Virus record (IMG/VR): IMGVR_UViG_3300017917_003893
Span: 1-64,000 of that record
Source of the DNA: a virus
Strand: one strand, 5' to 3'
Length of the DNA stretch: 64,000 bases
Shown one piece after another: positions 29,570 to 40,054 of this stretch. The translations under genes and the position numbers were made by a program. Each line of letters opens with the position of its first letter. Position 1 is the first letter of the stretch. A model generated the notes under the pieces. The model saw nothing but the letters and a program-made list of their open reading frames with translations. It had not been told where the DNA came from and made no database searches.

Positions 29570-29917
29570 TTATTGAGTTATTGTTTCTTTTCTTCTGGCT
29601 TCTCTGGCACATTTTTCACAACCACTACCTGCGTATAGGTGACCATTTGGAGTTTGTTCAAATTCTCCGTGTATAGGACATATTATTTTTACTTTACTTC
29701 TACAGTTTTCATATATTACTAAGTCATAATTATACTTATTATTATGTTTAATCTTTGATTTTTCTACAAACTCTTTACTTTTCTTACTTCTTCTATTAAG
29801 AGCTTTCAACTCTTTACTAATTGCGTTTTCTTTAGTTTTGCAGTTTTTGTTGCAAAATTTTCTATCTGGTCTACCCCAAGTTATCTCTTTATTGCAATAT
29901 CTATAATTACACCTCAT
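29570..29917 (-). CDS. Zinc-finger protein resembling the DNA-binding part of phage homing endonucleases (no nuclease domain)
   Basis: CNYRYC..FCNKNC, then KHNNKYNY...KVKIICPIHGEFEQTP..H...GCEKC. Confidence 0.6.
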   Translation of the reverse strand: MRCNYRYCNKEITWGRPDRKFCNKNCKTKENAISKELKALNRRSKKSKEFVEKSKIKHNNKYNYDLVIYENCRSKVKIICPIHGEFEQTPNGHLYAGSGCEKCAREARRKETITQ

Positions 29918-30029
29918 AATCTATTTATTAAAAGGTGGAAATGGCATTTTTCACAACATAATTTTTAAAATAGAGGTAAAGAGGTAAAGAAGAAAAATAT
30001 ATAATTTATAAAAAATAATTTAAAAAAAT

Positions 30030-30650
30030 ATGCCATTACCGCACTTTACTCAATTACTGAATACAGGTTCTCCAGGTGGTCCAGGTACCTTACCTGATGA
30101 AGTAGTATATCTTAACTTGTTTGAGACTACTTTTGTATTACCTGTTATTTTACAAGCTCAGGGAAGAAACCCTATATTGCTTTTACAAAATGCTTTGAAC
30201 ATAGATTTCAACTTAACACAGTTTGATATCGGTGTTAAAGAACAAAGATTCAAGTATTCAACTCGTCAATTCTTGACAACTCCAACTAAAACCGCTGGTG
30301 AATTTAACATTAAATTCAATGTTAACGTTAACCAACAAGGTTCAATGGAGACTTGGAATACTTTGAAAGCTTGGTACGATTTAGTATTTAACTCACAAAA
30401 CGGTTCACTTCACTATAAGAGTGATATTATTGGTACTGTTATTGTTAACCAACACGATAAAAAAGGTGTTGTATTAAGACGTGTAACTTTCCAAAACGTA
30501 CAAATTAAACAATTAGCAGGTTATGCTTTAGACTGGTCTTCAAATAACATTATTGAATCAGTTCAAGCTGACTTTATCTATGACTACTTTATCGATGAAT
30601 ACATTGATAATAACTTTACAATTAATCCTCCATTAGTTTCTGGATATTAA
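30030..30650 (+). CDS. Tail tube protein (T4 gp19-like)
   Basis: 206 aa; W.DLVFN, YK.D, V.QHDKKG..LRR.TF.N...LDWSSNNI gp19-type pattern. Confidence 0.7.
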   Translation: MPLPHFTQLLNTGSPGGPGTLPDEVVYLNLFETTFVLPVILQAQGRNPILLLQNALNIDFNLTQFDIGVKEQRFKYSTRQFLTTPTKTAGEFNIKFNVNVNQQGSMETWNTLKAWYDLVFNSQNGSLHYKSDIIGTVIVNQHDKKGVVLRRVTFQNVQIKQLAGYALDWSSNNIIESVQADFIYDYFIDEYIDNNFTINPPLVSGY

Positions 30651-30671
30651 TATTAAAGAAATATTGAAATT

Positions 30672-30703
30672 AAAAAACCCATCTAAATTTAGATGGGTTT
30701 TTT
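30672..30703. terminator. Bidirectional intrinsic terminator
   Basis: AAAAAACCCATCTAAATTTAGATGGGTTTTTT. Confidence 0.85.
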
Positions 30704-30717
30704 GTTTTATAGTATTT

Positions 30718-30972
30718 TTAGTATTTAGGTATACTGTTTGCCATACTTGATGCGTTTCTCATCATTGAGTTAGCGTCAAAGTTTGGCATTCCTTTTTGTT
30801 GATCGCTTTCTTGCTTTTTTCTAGAGCTTTCTTCTTCTTCAACAATCTCATTAACCATTTTGATATTTTCTTCAAACATCCAAAAGGGCCACTCATCCAT
30901 TGCGGCTTCTTGTGTATGAAAGTGCTTTTGTAAAAGAAGTTTATTCTTTAATATATGCTTCAAAGGCATCAT
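30718..30972 (-). CDS. Small baseplate-hub/tail assembly protein (gp51-like position)
   Basis: LLLQKHFH...MDEWPFWMFE pattern; overlaps the 3' end of the gp26-like gene. ATG 30972 is preferred over TTG 31068. Confidence 0.5.
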   Translation of the reverse strand: MMPLKHILKNKLLLQKHFHTQEAAMDEWPFWMFEENIKMVNEIVEEEESSRKKQESDQQKGMPNFDANSMMRNASSMANSIPKY

Positions 30973-31888
30973 GAATAACGAAAATACCTGACGCTCCGTT
31001 GGGAAATTGCATTTCAGTGTGGACCTCCTCACCACACGAACACTTTTTCTTAACTTCTTTAATACCAAATGTCATTTTACTAACTGCTGCATTTAAGAAT
31101 TGGAAAGAAATATCATCTATTTCTTCAAACTCTTTTAACTTAGATTTAATTCCTTCGTAAGTTATAGAAGTTCTACCTACTAACATAAAAGGAATAATCT
31201 TTAAGAAAGAAAGATTTGGAGTTCTTTTTTCATTATTTTCTTTTAAGATATAGTCAGTGAATGCTTTTTGTAAACCAATATTCGGTGGTGTTAATTCAAA
31301 CTCCTTACCGTTTATAGTTGAGAAATGATATGTTCTAGTAGCAGGACTAAAGAATCTCTCAAGCTTTTCATCTATTTCATGAAAAGAGAAGTTTTCTCTT
31401 TTTAATTCAATACTTAATTCTGTTCCACATCCACAATTAGTTGTAACAGCTAACGAGTTACCTTGTTGGAATGTTAATTCTCTAATTAAGAATATTAAGA
31501 ACAATCTATCTTGGTCTTTTACTTCAAGATAAGATCCCATTTTACCGTCTGAGTACTTAATTCTAACACAAGATTGAAGAATGTCGTTCATTTTTTCTAC
31601 AATATCATAAAAGTTATTATCGTCAACCATAGAATAAGATTGTATTTCTTTTACTTGAGCTGGTCTAACCATTATAACAGTACCTGATGGGTAAAAATCA
31701 CCACAAGGTAGTTCTTTAACATCAAAGTTAAAATATTGTAAATCAGTAGTTCTTGTACTATCAATTTTTGGTTGTTCTACGAACGGAATATCTGTATTAG
31801 TTACATTTTGAGTCTTTGAGTCTAAAGATCCTAGATGTTTTTTTAAGTATTCCTCTTCACTCATGTTGTTTTTATTTTGTTCAGACAT
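30941..31888 (-). CDS. Baseplate hub/tail assembly protein (T4 gp26-like)
   Basis: ELP.G.FY...VRP..VKE, D..FL...IRE, and two CxC(G) pairs. Confidence 0.6.
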   Translation of the reverse strand: MSEQNKNNMSEEEYLKKHLGSLDSKTQNVTNTDIPFVEQPKIDSTRTTDLQYFNFDVKELPCGDFYPSGTVIMVRPAQVKEIQSYSMVDDNNFYDIVEKMNDILQSCVRIKYSDGKMGSYLEVKDQDRLFLIFLIRELTFQQGNSLAVTTNCGCGTELSIELKRENFSFHEIDEKLERFFSPATRTYHFSTINGKEFELTPPNIGLQKAFTDYILKENNEKRTPNLSFLKIIPFMLVGRTSITYEGIKSKLKEFEEIDDISFQFLNAAVSKMTFGIKEVKKKCSCGEEVHTEMQFPNGASGIFVIHDAFEAYIKE

Positions 31889-31959
31889 AAATAATCTATT
31901 ATTTTTTATTATATATTCAAGTGATCATTATCCCTTGAATTTAACCTTATTGTTATAAT

Positions 31960-31995
31960 AAAAAAAAAGAGGAAAGTTTTCACTTTCCTCTTTTT
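31960..31995 (-). terminator. Intrinsic terminator after tail sheath
   Basis: A9-GAGGAAAGT-loop-ACTTTCCTC-T5. Confidence 0.8.
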
Positions 31996-32015
31996 AGTAT
32001 AAATTTTGTATTTGA

Positions 32016-35000
32016 TTATCCGTTGATGAATCCACCTGCTGCGATAGCACCAGTTCTCAAGATAGTAATATTGTTTACAATAATACCCATACCCTTGATT
32101 GGCTCAACATATGTATCAAGAACACCGATTTGGTTATCTATGATTTCATTAGTGTTGTTTTCTTCATCCATCTTATTAAAGTAGTTGTATAAACCATTTC
32201 TACTTACATAAGTTTCACAGATAACGTCTGCTCTAAGTTTAATTTCAGCTCTCACATCAGGAGTATTAAATTTCCATTGGAAGTCTAATAACATTCTTGA
32301 TAATTCTCTTTCAAGTTCGATAAGAACCTCTCTAACGTGTATGTAAGAAAGAGCCGATCTATAAAGAGTTTGACCTGTATTTTCTGTTTCGATAACATTT
32401 CCTCTATTTCTCTTGAACACAATTGGGTTCATTTGAGCTTGATTGATGAATTCGATATCAGTAGCTGTGAAGTCCATTTCAGTTGATACGATATTGGTAA
32501 TTCTACCATTTGTAACACCTGCTGCGATTGTCCAAGGAGTCATACCACTTATATTTGAAATATGCTTTCTCATATATGTTGTTGCTACCCAAGCTGCTGG
32601 TGGAACATCAATTGGTCTACCGTTGTCATTTACAGTTAAGTAGGGTAAGAAGTATGCTACTGAAGTTGAACCTGCTCCGTCACCGAATGAGTAAAGGAAT
32701 GCTGGAGAACTTTCAGGGTCACCACCTTTAGCTACATATTCTAACTGAAGAACACCTTCAGCGTTTACGAAGCTTGGAGATGATGAGTTCTTAAATGACT
32801 TCATAGAAGGCATGTTTAAGATACCAAGAGCATCTAATCTATCACCACAGATATCTACTAGTTGTTGTTTAGATCTTTCAGTTAATCCTAATCCAAATGA
32901 GTCAACTAAATATCTGAAGTCGATAGCTTCTTTGTTAGTTATAGCTTTGAATAAAGGAGTTCCTTTAGCAACTAAATTTAATATCTGATTTTGTCTTGCT
33001 TCAGTTCCATCAGGTAATGAAGCATTTCTTACTCTAAATCCTTTTAGAGATATACCTTTATAAGTAACTGCGTAGTTATCAATACTTGTGTATCTTGTAG
33101 TTTGATAGTCACCACTATAGTTAACTTTATCAATTCTAGCATCACAAGTTATTTCAACTAAAGTCGCATCACCAGTATAAGCCTTTTTAGAAAGAATTCT
33201 TGTAAGTTTTCTAGCAACTTCACCTGGTTGAAGAGTTACAGTTGGGTCTACATATGCTGCTAAATAGTCGCCTACTTTAACTTCAGTGTATCTAGCACCA
33301 TTTACTAATATCTTATTAGGAACTTGAGTGTAACCAGTTGGTAACTCTATCTCTACAGTTTGCTTAAAGTTTGATTTAGCAGATTGTATAAAGAATGTGT
33401 TATTTGCTATAGTATCAACTGCTTCAGTTGCTGTATATGTTTCATCCATAAATGCAACATCTAAGTCACCATTGTTAGATAAATACATCTTTAAGTAATG
33501 TTTCTTTAAGAAGTTATAGATTGTGCTAACATTTAAAACTTCTTCATAAACAACTTCTTCTGATACTTCATATGCCCAGAAGTAAGATCCTGTTGAGTTT
33601 ATATAACCCATAGAGGATGCTAGTGCTGCTGGATTAGAAGCATCGATTATTGTAAATGAACCAGCGTTTCTAGCAGAATCTGGAACTATAATTTGGTCAT
33701 ATACTATCCAAGGATCATTTATATCAAAAGTTGGATTTGTATTAGAAGATGTTTCTATTATAATATAGTTTTTACCAGCAAATGATGATGTTACACCCAT
33801 TTGAGAGTTACCATCAGTGTTGTCTTCACCATCTATAAAGATAACGTTTACAGTTTCTTCGTTTTGAATTATTGACTGAGGTATTTTATTAGCATAGAAG
33901 TAGTCTCCTGTATTAACAACACCATCATAGAATTGATTGTATAGTTTTGAGTATTTAGAAACAACACCATCTGTAGAAGATGCTACTGCATTTGTTGTAG
34001 AAACTTTATCTGTTCCTAATATAAACTCATTGTCAGTTGTATATAGAACAAAGTAACCACCAATTACATCAACTAATTCAGCATTTGTTAAACCAGTGTT
34101 AAGTACAAATGATTTATTCAAAGTAGAAGAAGTAACAATATTTGATATTGTCATAGTTGATAAACTTGCTTTATTGTAGCCATTTGATGCTCCTAAACAT
34201 AAAGTCATTTTATCTTTATTTACTGAGTCAATTAAATCTACTAATCTGTTGAACATCTTAAATCTTCTATATTGAGCATAGTTTGAAGTAGATGGTACAG
34301 TATTAGTATTTTGGAATTCAACCTTAATAGAACCAGTAGTACTTTGAGTTGCTATATAATAATCATCATTTGCTCCAGTACCAAGACTAAAGTCTATGAA
34401 GCCAGCACTATCAACGCTTACATCTGTTACTGCAACACTAGCTGTTGCGAAGTAACCATCTTTCATATCAAATTCAATGTAACCTAATACTATATCACTA
34501 GCTGCAACTTGAGGTTTTGTTGGAGTTGAACCATAAGCTACACCAGTTGTGTTGTTAACAACATATATAGTACCTGTTGAATCCATTGCGAATGCTGATA
34601 CATATGACATTGTTCCATAAGAAGCAGCATAGTCAGTTGAACTTAAAGTTAATGTTTTTGAAACCACAGGAACTTTTGTTCCGTTTATTACCGCAAAAGC
34701 ATCTGATGTTGCTGTATAAGTTTGAGCAATAGATACTGTAGATGAAACTAAAGAACCTTTTGTTACATCAAAAGTAAATCCTTCACCAAACCAAGCAGTT
34801 CTGTTGTTACCATTTGCTACAATACCTGATTCAACTGGAACACCAGAACCATTATCAAATGCGTGTGCTAATGCACTACCGTTAACGTGTCCAGCATAAT
34901 CAAAACCACCACCTAACATAGCAGTTACGTTTCCAGGTAAGTCAAGTGGAACTGCTGTTATAGAAACAGACTCAGCTATTGTTTCTTTATATGAAAGAAA

Positions 35001-35966
35001 CTCAATAGAAGCCTCATTTACACCAGCTATTGTTTGACCTACTATGTCTAATAAACCATTGTAGTAGTCAGTCTCAACTAAATCTGAGTTGAAAGCACAA
35101 AATACTCCAGTTCTATCTGTATCTCTGTTAATTACCGTTTCAATAAAAATATTAGTACCGTTGGCATCTCTAAAATATGGTATTAATGACAATCCTTCAT
35201 AATAAGCTAACAATGTAACATTTCTATCGTTAGCGAAGTTTCTAATTTGACTCTTAATCAAACCAGATGTATTGAAGTAAGCACTCCATCTAGTGTCTAT
35301 TGCTAAAGTTTGATAGTCTGACCAGTCACCACCAACTACAACAACATCAACCATGTAGTCAGACGCATAATCATTTGCGTTAACGTATGGTGGGAGTTTC
35401 TCTTGAGAACCGTACCATTCGATTAGTGTTCTGTCAAATCCTGTTCTAGCACTTTTAACAATAAATACTGTAACAAATCTATCAGACAAGTTAGTTATGC
35501 TGAAAGCTCTTTCAGTATAGCCAGTATTATTTTTTGTTAAATTAATGAAAGATTCAGTATCTCTTTTCCAGAAACCTGTTGTGTCAAAGAATCTTCTATA
35601 AGGTCCTTCTCTTTCTATATCATTTGTGAATCCAGATGAAGATGACAATGATTTATACTCAATGACATCTAAAGTATCGTCTGTATTTAAAAGATTGATA
35701 GCGAATACAGGTGATGTTTCCAACATTTTTTGAATAGTTCTGTGGAAAAATGAACCTTTTCTTTCCAATCCTCTATCAAGTTGACCAAAGATAGATTCTA
35801 AGTCATTGACAGTTGTAAGTCTAATAGGGGTGTTAACTGGTCCTTTTTTAGAAACACCGATAACCATATTAGTAATACCCTCAACAACAGGAGTAGTTAT
35901 GATTGAATTATCAAACTCTTCTATGAAGATTCCTGGTCTTTTGTATTTTCCAATTTGAATTGCCAT
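32016..35966 (-). CDS. Contractile tail sheath protein (T4 gp18-like), 1316 aa
   Basis: N-terminal RPGIFIEEFDNS, G.SKKGP.NTP; C-terminal PW.IAAG.TNG, NPI, ALSYIHVRE, DEENNT.EIIDN. Confidence 0.9.
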   Translation of the reverse strand: MAIQIGKYKRPGIFIEEFDNSIITTPVVEGITNMVIGVSKKGPVNTPIRLTTVNDLESIFGQLDRGLERKGSFFHRTIQKMLETSPVFAINLLNTDDTLDVIEYKSLSSSSGFTNDIEREGPYRRFFDTTGFWKRDTESFINLTKNNTGYTERAFSITNLSDRFVTVFIVKSARTGFDRTLIEWYGSQEKLPPYVNANDYASDYMVDVVVVGGDWSDYQTLAIDTRWSAYFNTSGLIKSQIRNFANDRNVTLLAYYEGLSLIPYFRDANGTNIFIETVINRDTDRTGVFCAFNSDLVETDYYNGLLDIVGQTIAGVNEASIEFLSYKETIAESVSITAVPLDLPGNVTAMLGGGFDYAGHVNGSALAHAFDNGSGVPVESGIVANGNNRTAWFGEGFTFDVTKGSLVSSTVSIAQTYTATSDAFAVINGTKVPVVSKTLTLSSTDYAASYGTMSYVSAFAMDSTGTIYVVNNTTGVAYGSTPTKPQVAASDIVLGYIEFDMKDGYFATASVAVTDVSVDSAGFIDFSLGTGANDDYYIATQSTTGSIKVEFQNTNTVPSTSNYAQYRRFKMFNRLVDLIDSVNKDKMTLCLGASNGYNKASLSTMTISNIVTSSTLNKSFVLNTGLTNAELVDVIGGYFVLYTTDNEFILGTDKVSTTNAVASSTDGVVSKYSKLYNQFYDGVVNTGDYFYANKIPQSIIQNEETVNVIFIDGEDNTDGNSQMGVTSSFAGKNYIIIETSSNTNPTFDINDPWIVYDQIIVPDSARNAGSFTIIDASNPAALASSMGYINSTGSYFWAYEVSEEVVYEEVLNVSTIYNFLKKHYLKMYLSNNGDLDVAFMDETYTATEAVDTIANNTFFIQSAKSNFKQTVEIELPTGYTQVPNKILVNGARYTEVKVGDYLAAYVDPTVTLQPGEVARKLTRILSKKAYTGDATLVEITCDARIDKVNYSGDYQTTRYTSIDNYAVTYKGISLKGFRVRNASLPDGTEARQNQILNLVAKGTPLFKAITNKEAIDFRYLVDSFGLGLTERSKQQLVDICGDRLDALGILNMPSMKSFKNSSSPSFVNAEGVLQLEYVAKGGDPESSPAFLYSFGDGAGSTSVAYFLPYLTVNDNGRPIDVPPAAWVATTYMRKHISNISGMTPWTIAAGVTNGRITNIVSTEMDFTATDIEFINQAQMNPIVFKRNRGNVIETENTGQTLYRSALSYIHVREVLIELERELSRMLLDFQWKFNTPDVRAEIKLRADVICETYVSRNGLYNYFNKMDEENNTNEIIDNQIGVLDTYVEPIKGMGIIVNNITILRTGAIAAGGFING

Positions 35967-36027
35967 ATTTTTAATATTTTTTTTTATGTTATAGAGTATA
36001 TATAAAATGTAAAAAATGATATTTTTT

Positions 36028-36582
36028 CTATTTTGATGAGTTACTTGCTATTTTCTTTATGTTATCCATCATATTTTTTTCTATATCTATCATTTTCTTT
36101 TTCAGTGATGATTCAGCATCTGATATTTCTTTTGATAAAGATGCTATTTCAGCTGTTTTAGTTGATATTCTATTAGTTATATCAGTTATTTTAGCACCAA
36201 CTGCTTGTTTAATGCTACTTTCTTTTGATAAACTTAATTCTTGTGTAAAGTCGTCTTTTTTAAGTTTATCTGTAGTTATATCTTTTTGAGTCTTATCAAC
36301 TTTCCTTTTAAGATTAGCAACATGTAAGTAGTCAACTAAAAAGGGATTTCTATCAGTTCCTGCTTTTCCAACTATCTGATCTACTTTAGCTTGTAAATCA
36401 GCATCTGTGCTTGATTTTAGATAAGCATTATCAATTAGTGGCTTTTTAGTATTAAAGTCCACAATTTGTTTTTTTAACTTAGATAACTCTTCTTTAGCCG
36501 TCCTTATATCAGGACTGTCAGTAGATTGAACGTCAAACTCAGCTTCTTCTAAGAAGAGTTTATATGACTTAATATGACCCAT
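36028..36582 (-). CDS. Coiled-coil protein with shared N-terminal motif (MGHIKSYKLFLEE)
   Basis: 184-aa ORF with a TAATG overlap. Confidence 0.7.
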   Translation of the reverse strand: MGHIKSYKLFLEEAEFDVQSTDSPDIRTAKEELSKLKKQIVDFNTKKPLIDNAYLKSSTDADLQAKVDQIVGKAGTDRNPFLVDYLHVANLKRKVDKTQKDITTDKLKKDDFTQELSLSKESSIKQAVGAKITDITNRISTKTAEIASLSKEISDAESSLKKKMIDIEKNMMDNIKKIASNSSK

Positions 36583-39374
36583 TACTGTTTTTTCATTTCT
36601 GTTTTAGTTATACCGTCAGTTGATGATATTTTTGGAAATCCTCCAATATTATTTATTTGATTTGATATATCTTTATTTAAAACAAACCTAGTTTTACCAG
36701 ATGTAGTTTCAACATCTTTGGTATTTTGATATAAAGTATAACAGCTTTGTATATTAACAACTTCTGGTTTTTCAGATAACGTAGCTTTTGTATTCACATT
36801 ATTTGATTTACCATCATGTTTTGTTAGATGTGTTATGTCATATCCACCACTTAATTTGAATACACCGTCTTTTCCTATTAGATTTTCTATCTTCTTTTTT
36901 GTTGCTTTCAATCTAAAGTCACTTGCTTTCTCAGTTCCCTCTCCTGATAATCTATCTTTATTTAATCTGGGTAAATCTCCTTTTTCAAGTTTATTTGATA
37001 CACCTGATTGACTAATATACTTTTCAAAGAAATAGAAAGTTCTTGAGTATACTATGTATGCTGTATCACCTACTACATCTTGTATGAAGAAGTAGTATAC
37101 TTTACCATCTTTTGTAAGTGCTGAAAAGAAAGTTTTTTTCAAATTATCATTTGATTCAAACTTTATAGGATCTTTTGTGAAAAGTAAATCAACTGTTTTT
37201 ATACTATTGGCATTGCCACTAATTTCTTCAGCTTCTTTTTCACCACCAAATGTTGTATCTTGTGATATTTTATTAGGATCTGATTCTGTATAGCCAAAAT
37301 ATTTATCTAAGAATTTTGCTTGTTGTCCCTTGTCATCTTTGCCTGTTTTATATAGTTCATCACCATCTAGCATATCTGACATAAATTTTCTAAGATTAGA
37401 TCCGGCTTTTTCTATTAGCTCATCACCAACTTTTATTTTAGTTCCAACATTAAAAATAGGTTGATACTTTTTTTCTTTCATTATATCAAGAACTGTATTT
37501 TCCCATTGATTGAATATAGCATTATTTCTATAAGGACCACCTCCTGAACCAGCATTTGCTGGTGTTCCACCTCCAAAAGAGGTATATTCCATAAATGTTT
37601 TATTTGATACTTTACCGCCTGATCTACCAGAAGGTATTACTTGAGTTGTGTGTATTTTATATGCTCTATTAAAACATTTAACTACATCTAATACAGGATC
37701 CATTCCGTTTATTACAATAGAATCTTTCTTTTCTTTCTCAAGTTTATCAAACTTTTCTTTCATTTTAATAACTTCTGTTTTCTCCATAACAAAAGCTTTA
37801 ATATCTATTTTTTTCTTCCAATAGTCTTTAATCTTTTGTGATGTAGTCATAACATCAGGTGCTCCTACTTCATCACTTTTTTCTTTATCTTCTTCAGCTT
37901 CTTTTACTAATTTAATAAAGTTATTATATCTAAACAAAGACGATTCTTTTTTAGCTACAGTGTCAACTTCTTTTTGAGTCTCTTCTTTTTTAGGCTCACT
38001 AGGAACCATTCGCATTATTTGCTTAATAGATTCAACAAAATCTTGTAAAGGTTTAGTTAAGTCACCTAAACCACCGTATAATCCTTCTTTATCAAATTGT
38101 AAAGCTCTTTTAGAAAATCTAGCTATTTTTTCTGCAACTATAATTCTTTTGTTTTTATCAGATATAATCTCAAGACTCTCTTTATATAAAGGATCTTTCT
38201 CTTGTATTGTAGATTTTTTATCTCCAACTAAATATCTGTTTATTTCTGTATAAAGAGATTTTATTTGATTTTTGGCATTTGTATCTACAGACTTAGAAGT
38301 TATGTCATTTATAAAAGCAACATCAACACCTATTCCTTTTTCTTTAGATGATATTAATACTTCAATATCTCTTTTTAATTTTGAAAAAGCTTGAGTAAGA
38401 TGGTCTTCACCAGACTTTATATTTCCTCTATCTTGAGACCCACCAGGTTGATTAGTAGTACCAGGTACTGCTTCAAATATTGAAGATTCCATAACAAGTG
38501 CTAAGCCTGCTGGTAAAGTTTGGTTGTCTTTCGGATATTTTTGAAGTATTTTAGAATTTTTTGTTCTAATATCAGCTAAAGACATTTTTTTCTTATTTAT
38601 ATTTACATCTTTCTGTATTTTTTCAATCGTATCACCTTCTTTAGTTTTATAAGGCTCAATAGATGATGATTTAGCAACTGGTGTAGATGATTGGATTTTA
38701 ACTCTTTTATAAGCGTCTAATATAATACCTAATGATTTTAGGTTTTTAATCATAACTGGATAAAGAGATTCTGATGTTTTCCCTGATTCGGATCCTTTTT
38801 CAGATCCTTCTTCGGATCCTTCTTTGCCTTCACCTTCCTCTTTATCTTTGTCGGCCTCAGATTTACCACCCTCATCATCTTTGAATTGTTCTAAGAACTT
38901 TAGAAATTCTTCTAGTTGACTTATTAAATTTTCCTTATTTTCAAAATCTTCAAAATTCTTAATATCATTTATAGCCGCTCTTGTAAGATTTTTTATCTCA
39001 CCAACATTTGCTCCTTCTTCAACCGCCTTCTGTAAACTATCAATAAATGAGAATACTATAAGTCTTCTATATTCTTTTCTATCCTCTTCTGATAACTCAG
39101 CAGCAGTTGATGTTCCTAATAGTTCGTCAAAGGTGTCTCTTAATCTTCTAGCGACTCCTTTAATTCTAACTAAGTTGGCGCCTATTTTGGCTTTTCTTAT
39201 TGTAGAGTTTATTAATCTTCCTAGTAAAGAATCACCCCAAGGTATATCATTTGCAAATGGACCACTATTTTCAACGTCTTCATTTATTGAATACAAATCA
39301 TCGTATTTTTTGTACTCGTCTATTTTACTGATACTTCTTTTAAGGAATTCTTCTCTGTTATTAAGGTATTTCAT
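36582..39374 (-). CDS. Large Lys/Glu-rich protein with LysM-like segment, putative virion internal protein
   Basis: About 930 aa; YKTKEGDTIEKI...N...LPAGLAL; TAATATATA at 39406-39398. Confidence 0.65.
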   Translation of the reverse strand: MKYLNNREEFLKRSISKIDEYKKYDDLYSINEDVENSGPFANDIPWGDSLLGRLINSTIRKAKIGANLVRIKGVARRLRDTFDELLGTSTAAELSEEDRKEYRRLIVFSFIDSLQKAVEEGANVGEIKNLTRAAINDIKNFEDFENKENLISQLEEFLKFLEQFKDDEGGKSEADKDKEEGEGKEGSEEGSEKGSESGKTSESLYPVMIKNLKSLGIILDAYKRVKIQSSTPVAKSSSIEPYKTKEGDTIEKIQKDVNINKKKMSLADIRTKNSKILQKYPKDNQTLPAGLALVMESSIFEAVPGTTNQPGGSQDRGNIKSGEDHLTQAFSKLKRDIEVLISSKEKGIGVDVAFINDITSKSVDTNAKNQIKSLYTEINRYLVGDKKSTIQEKDPLYKESLEIISDKNKRIIVAEKIARFSKRALQFDKEGLYGGLGDLTKPLQDFVESIKQIMRMVPSEPKKEETQKEVDTVAKKESSLFRYNNFIKLVKEAEEDKEKSDEVGAPDVMTTSQKIKDYWKKKIDIKAFVMEKTEVIKMKEKFDKLEKEKKDSIVINGMDPVLDVVKCFNRAYKIHTTQVIPSGRSGGKVSNKTFMEYTSFGGGTPANAGSGGGPYRNNAIFNQWENTVLDIMKEKKYQPIFNVGTKIKVGDELIEKAGSNLRKFMSDMLDGDELYKTGKDDKGQQAKFLDKYFGYTESDPNKISQDTTFGGEKEAEEISGNANSIKTVDLLFTKDPIKFESNDNLKKTFFSALTKDGKVYYFFIQDVVGDTAYIVYSRTFYFFEKYISQSGVSNKLEKGDLPRLNKDRLSGEGTEKASDFRLKATKKKIENLIGKDGVFKLSGGYDITHLTKHDGKSNNVNTKATLSEKPEVVNIQSCYTLYQNTKDVETTSGKTRFVLNKDISNQINNIGGFPKISSTDGITKTEMKKQ

Positions 39375-39501
39375 GTTTTTTGAAAATTTTTTCAATTTAT
39401 ATATTAAAAATTATTAGCCAAAAATAGACTAATTAGAAATTATCCGTACATTTGTGTATGTAAATAAATAAGATAGTAAAAGTCAAAATAATAAAATAAA
39501 T

Positions 39502-39532
39502 TTTGTTATTTACGATTTTATCCTTATATTTG
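39502..39532 (+). promoter_or_regulatory. Bacteroidota-type primary-sigma promoter (-33 TTTG, -7 TATATTTG)
   Basis: TTTG at 39502-39505, a 19-nt spacer, then TAnnTTTG at 39525-39532. Confidence 0.7.
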
Positions 39533-39563
39533 TATAACAAATCCACTACAAAAACAAAAAGAT

Positions 39564-40034
39564 ATGGCAACTCTAAACTTAAATAAAGTAATCTGTGTAA
39601 GTCTAAAGTCTCACAATGAGTCTCAACTTGATGCAATTGGTGCTACTTACAATATTAGCCTTGATTCATTAATGAAGGCAAAAAATGATGGTTGTAAGAA
39701 GTTATGGGTTCATATCGGCGGTGGTATTGTAATTGCTGGTTTAGACACAGACAACATCGATGATGTTTATTTTTCTCCAGAATATTTACCAATGACTGCT
39801 AAAGTTCGTAAAGCTATCTTAGCTATCAAGCCTGTAAAAACTCCTAAGATGCCAACTAAAACTAAAGTTAAAGTTGATAATGTAGATGTTGATAACTTTG
39901 TCGATATCACTAGCTTAATCGATGAGGCGTTTTCTAACCTTGATGTTGATGCTATTCTTGATAAGATTTCTGCTAAAGGAATGAATTCTTTGACTAAAAA
40001 AGAACTTGAATTCTTGAAAAACTCTAGTAAATAA
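39564..40034 (+). CDS. Hypothetical early protein with C-terminal D.ILDKIS..G..SLT..E..FL motif
   Basis: 156 aa; stand-alone unit with a host-type promoter and its own terminator. Confidence 0.7.
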   Translation: MATLNLNKVICVSLKSHNESQLDAIGATYNISLDSLMKAKNDGCKKLWVHIGGGIVIAGLDTDNIDDVYFSPEYLPMTAKVRKAILAIKPVKTPKMPTKTKVKVDNVDVDNFVDITSLIDEAFSNLDVDAILDKISAKGMNSLTKKELEFLKNSSK

Positions 40035-40054
40035 TCATTTTTTTCCAATAACAT

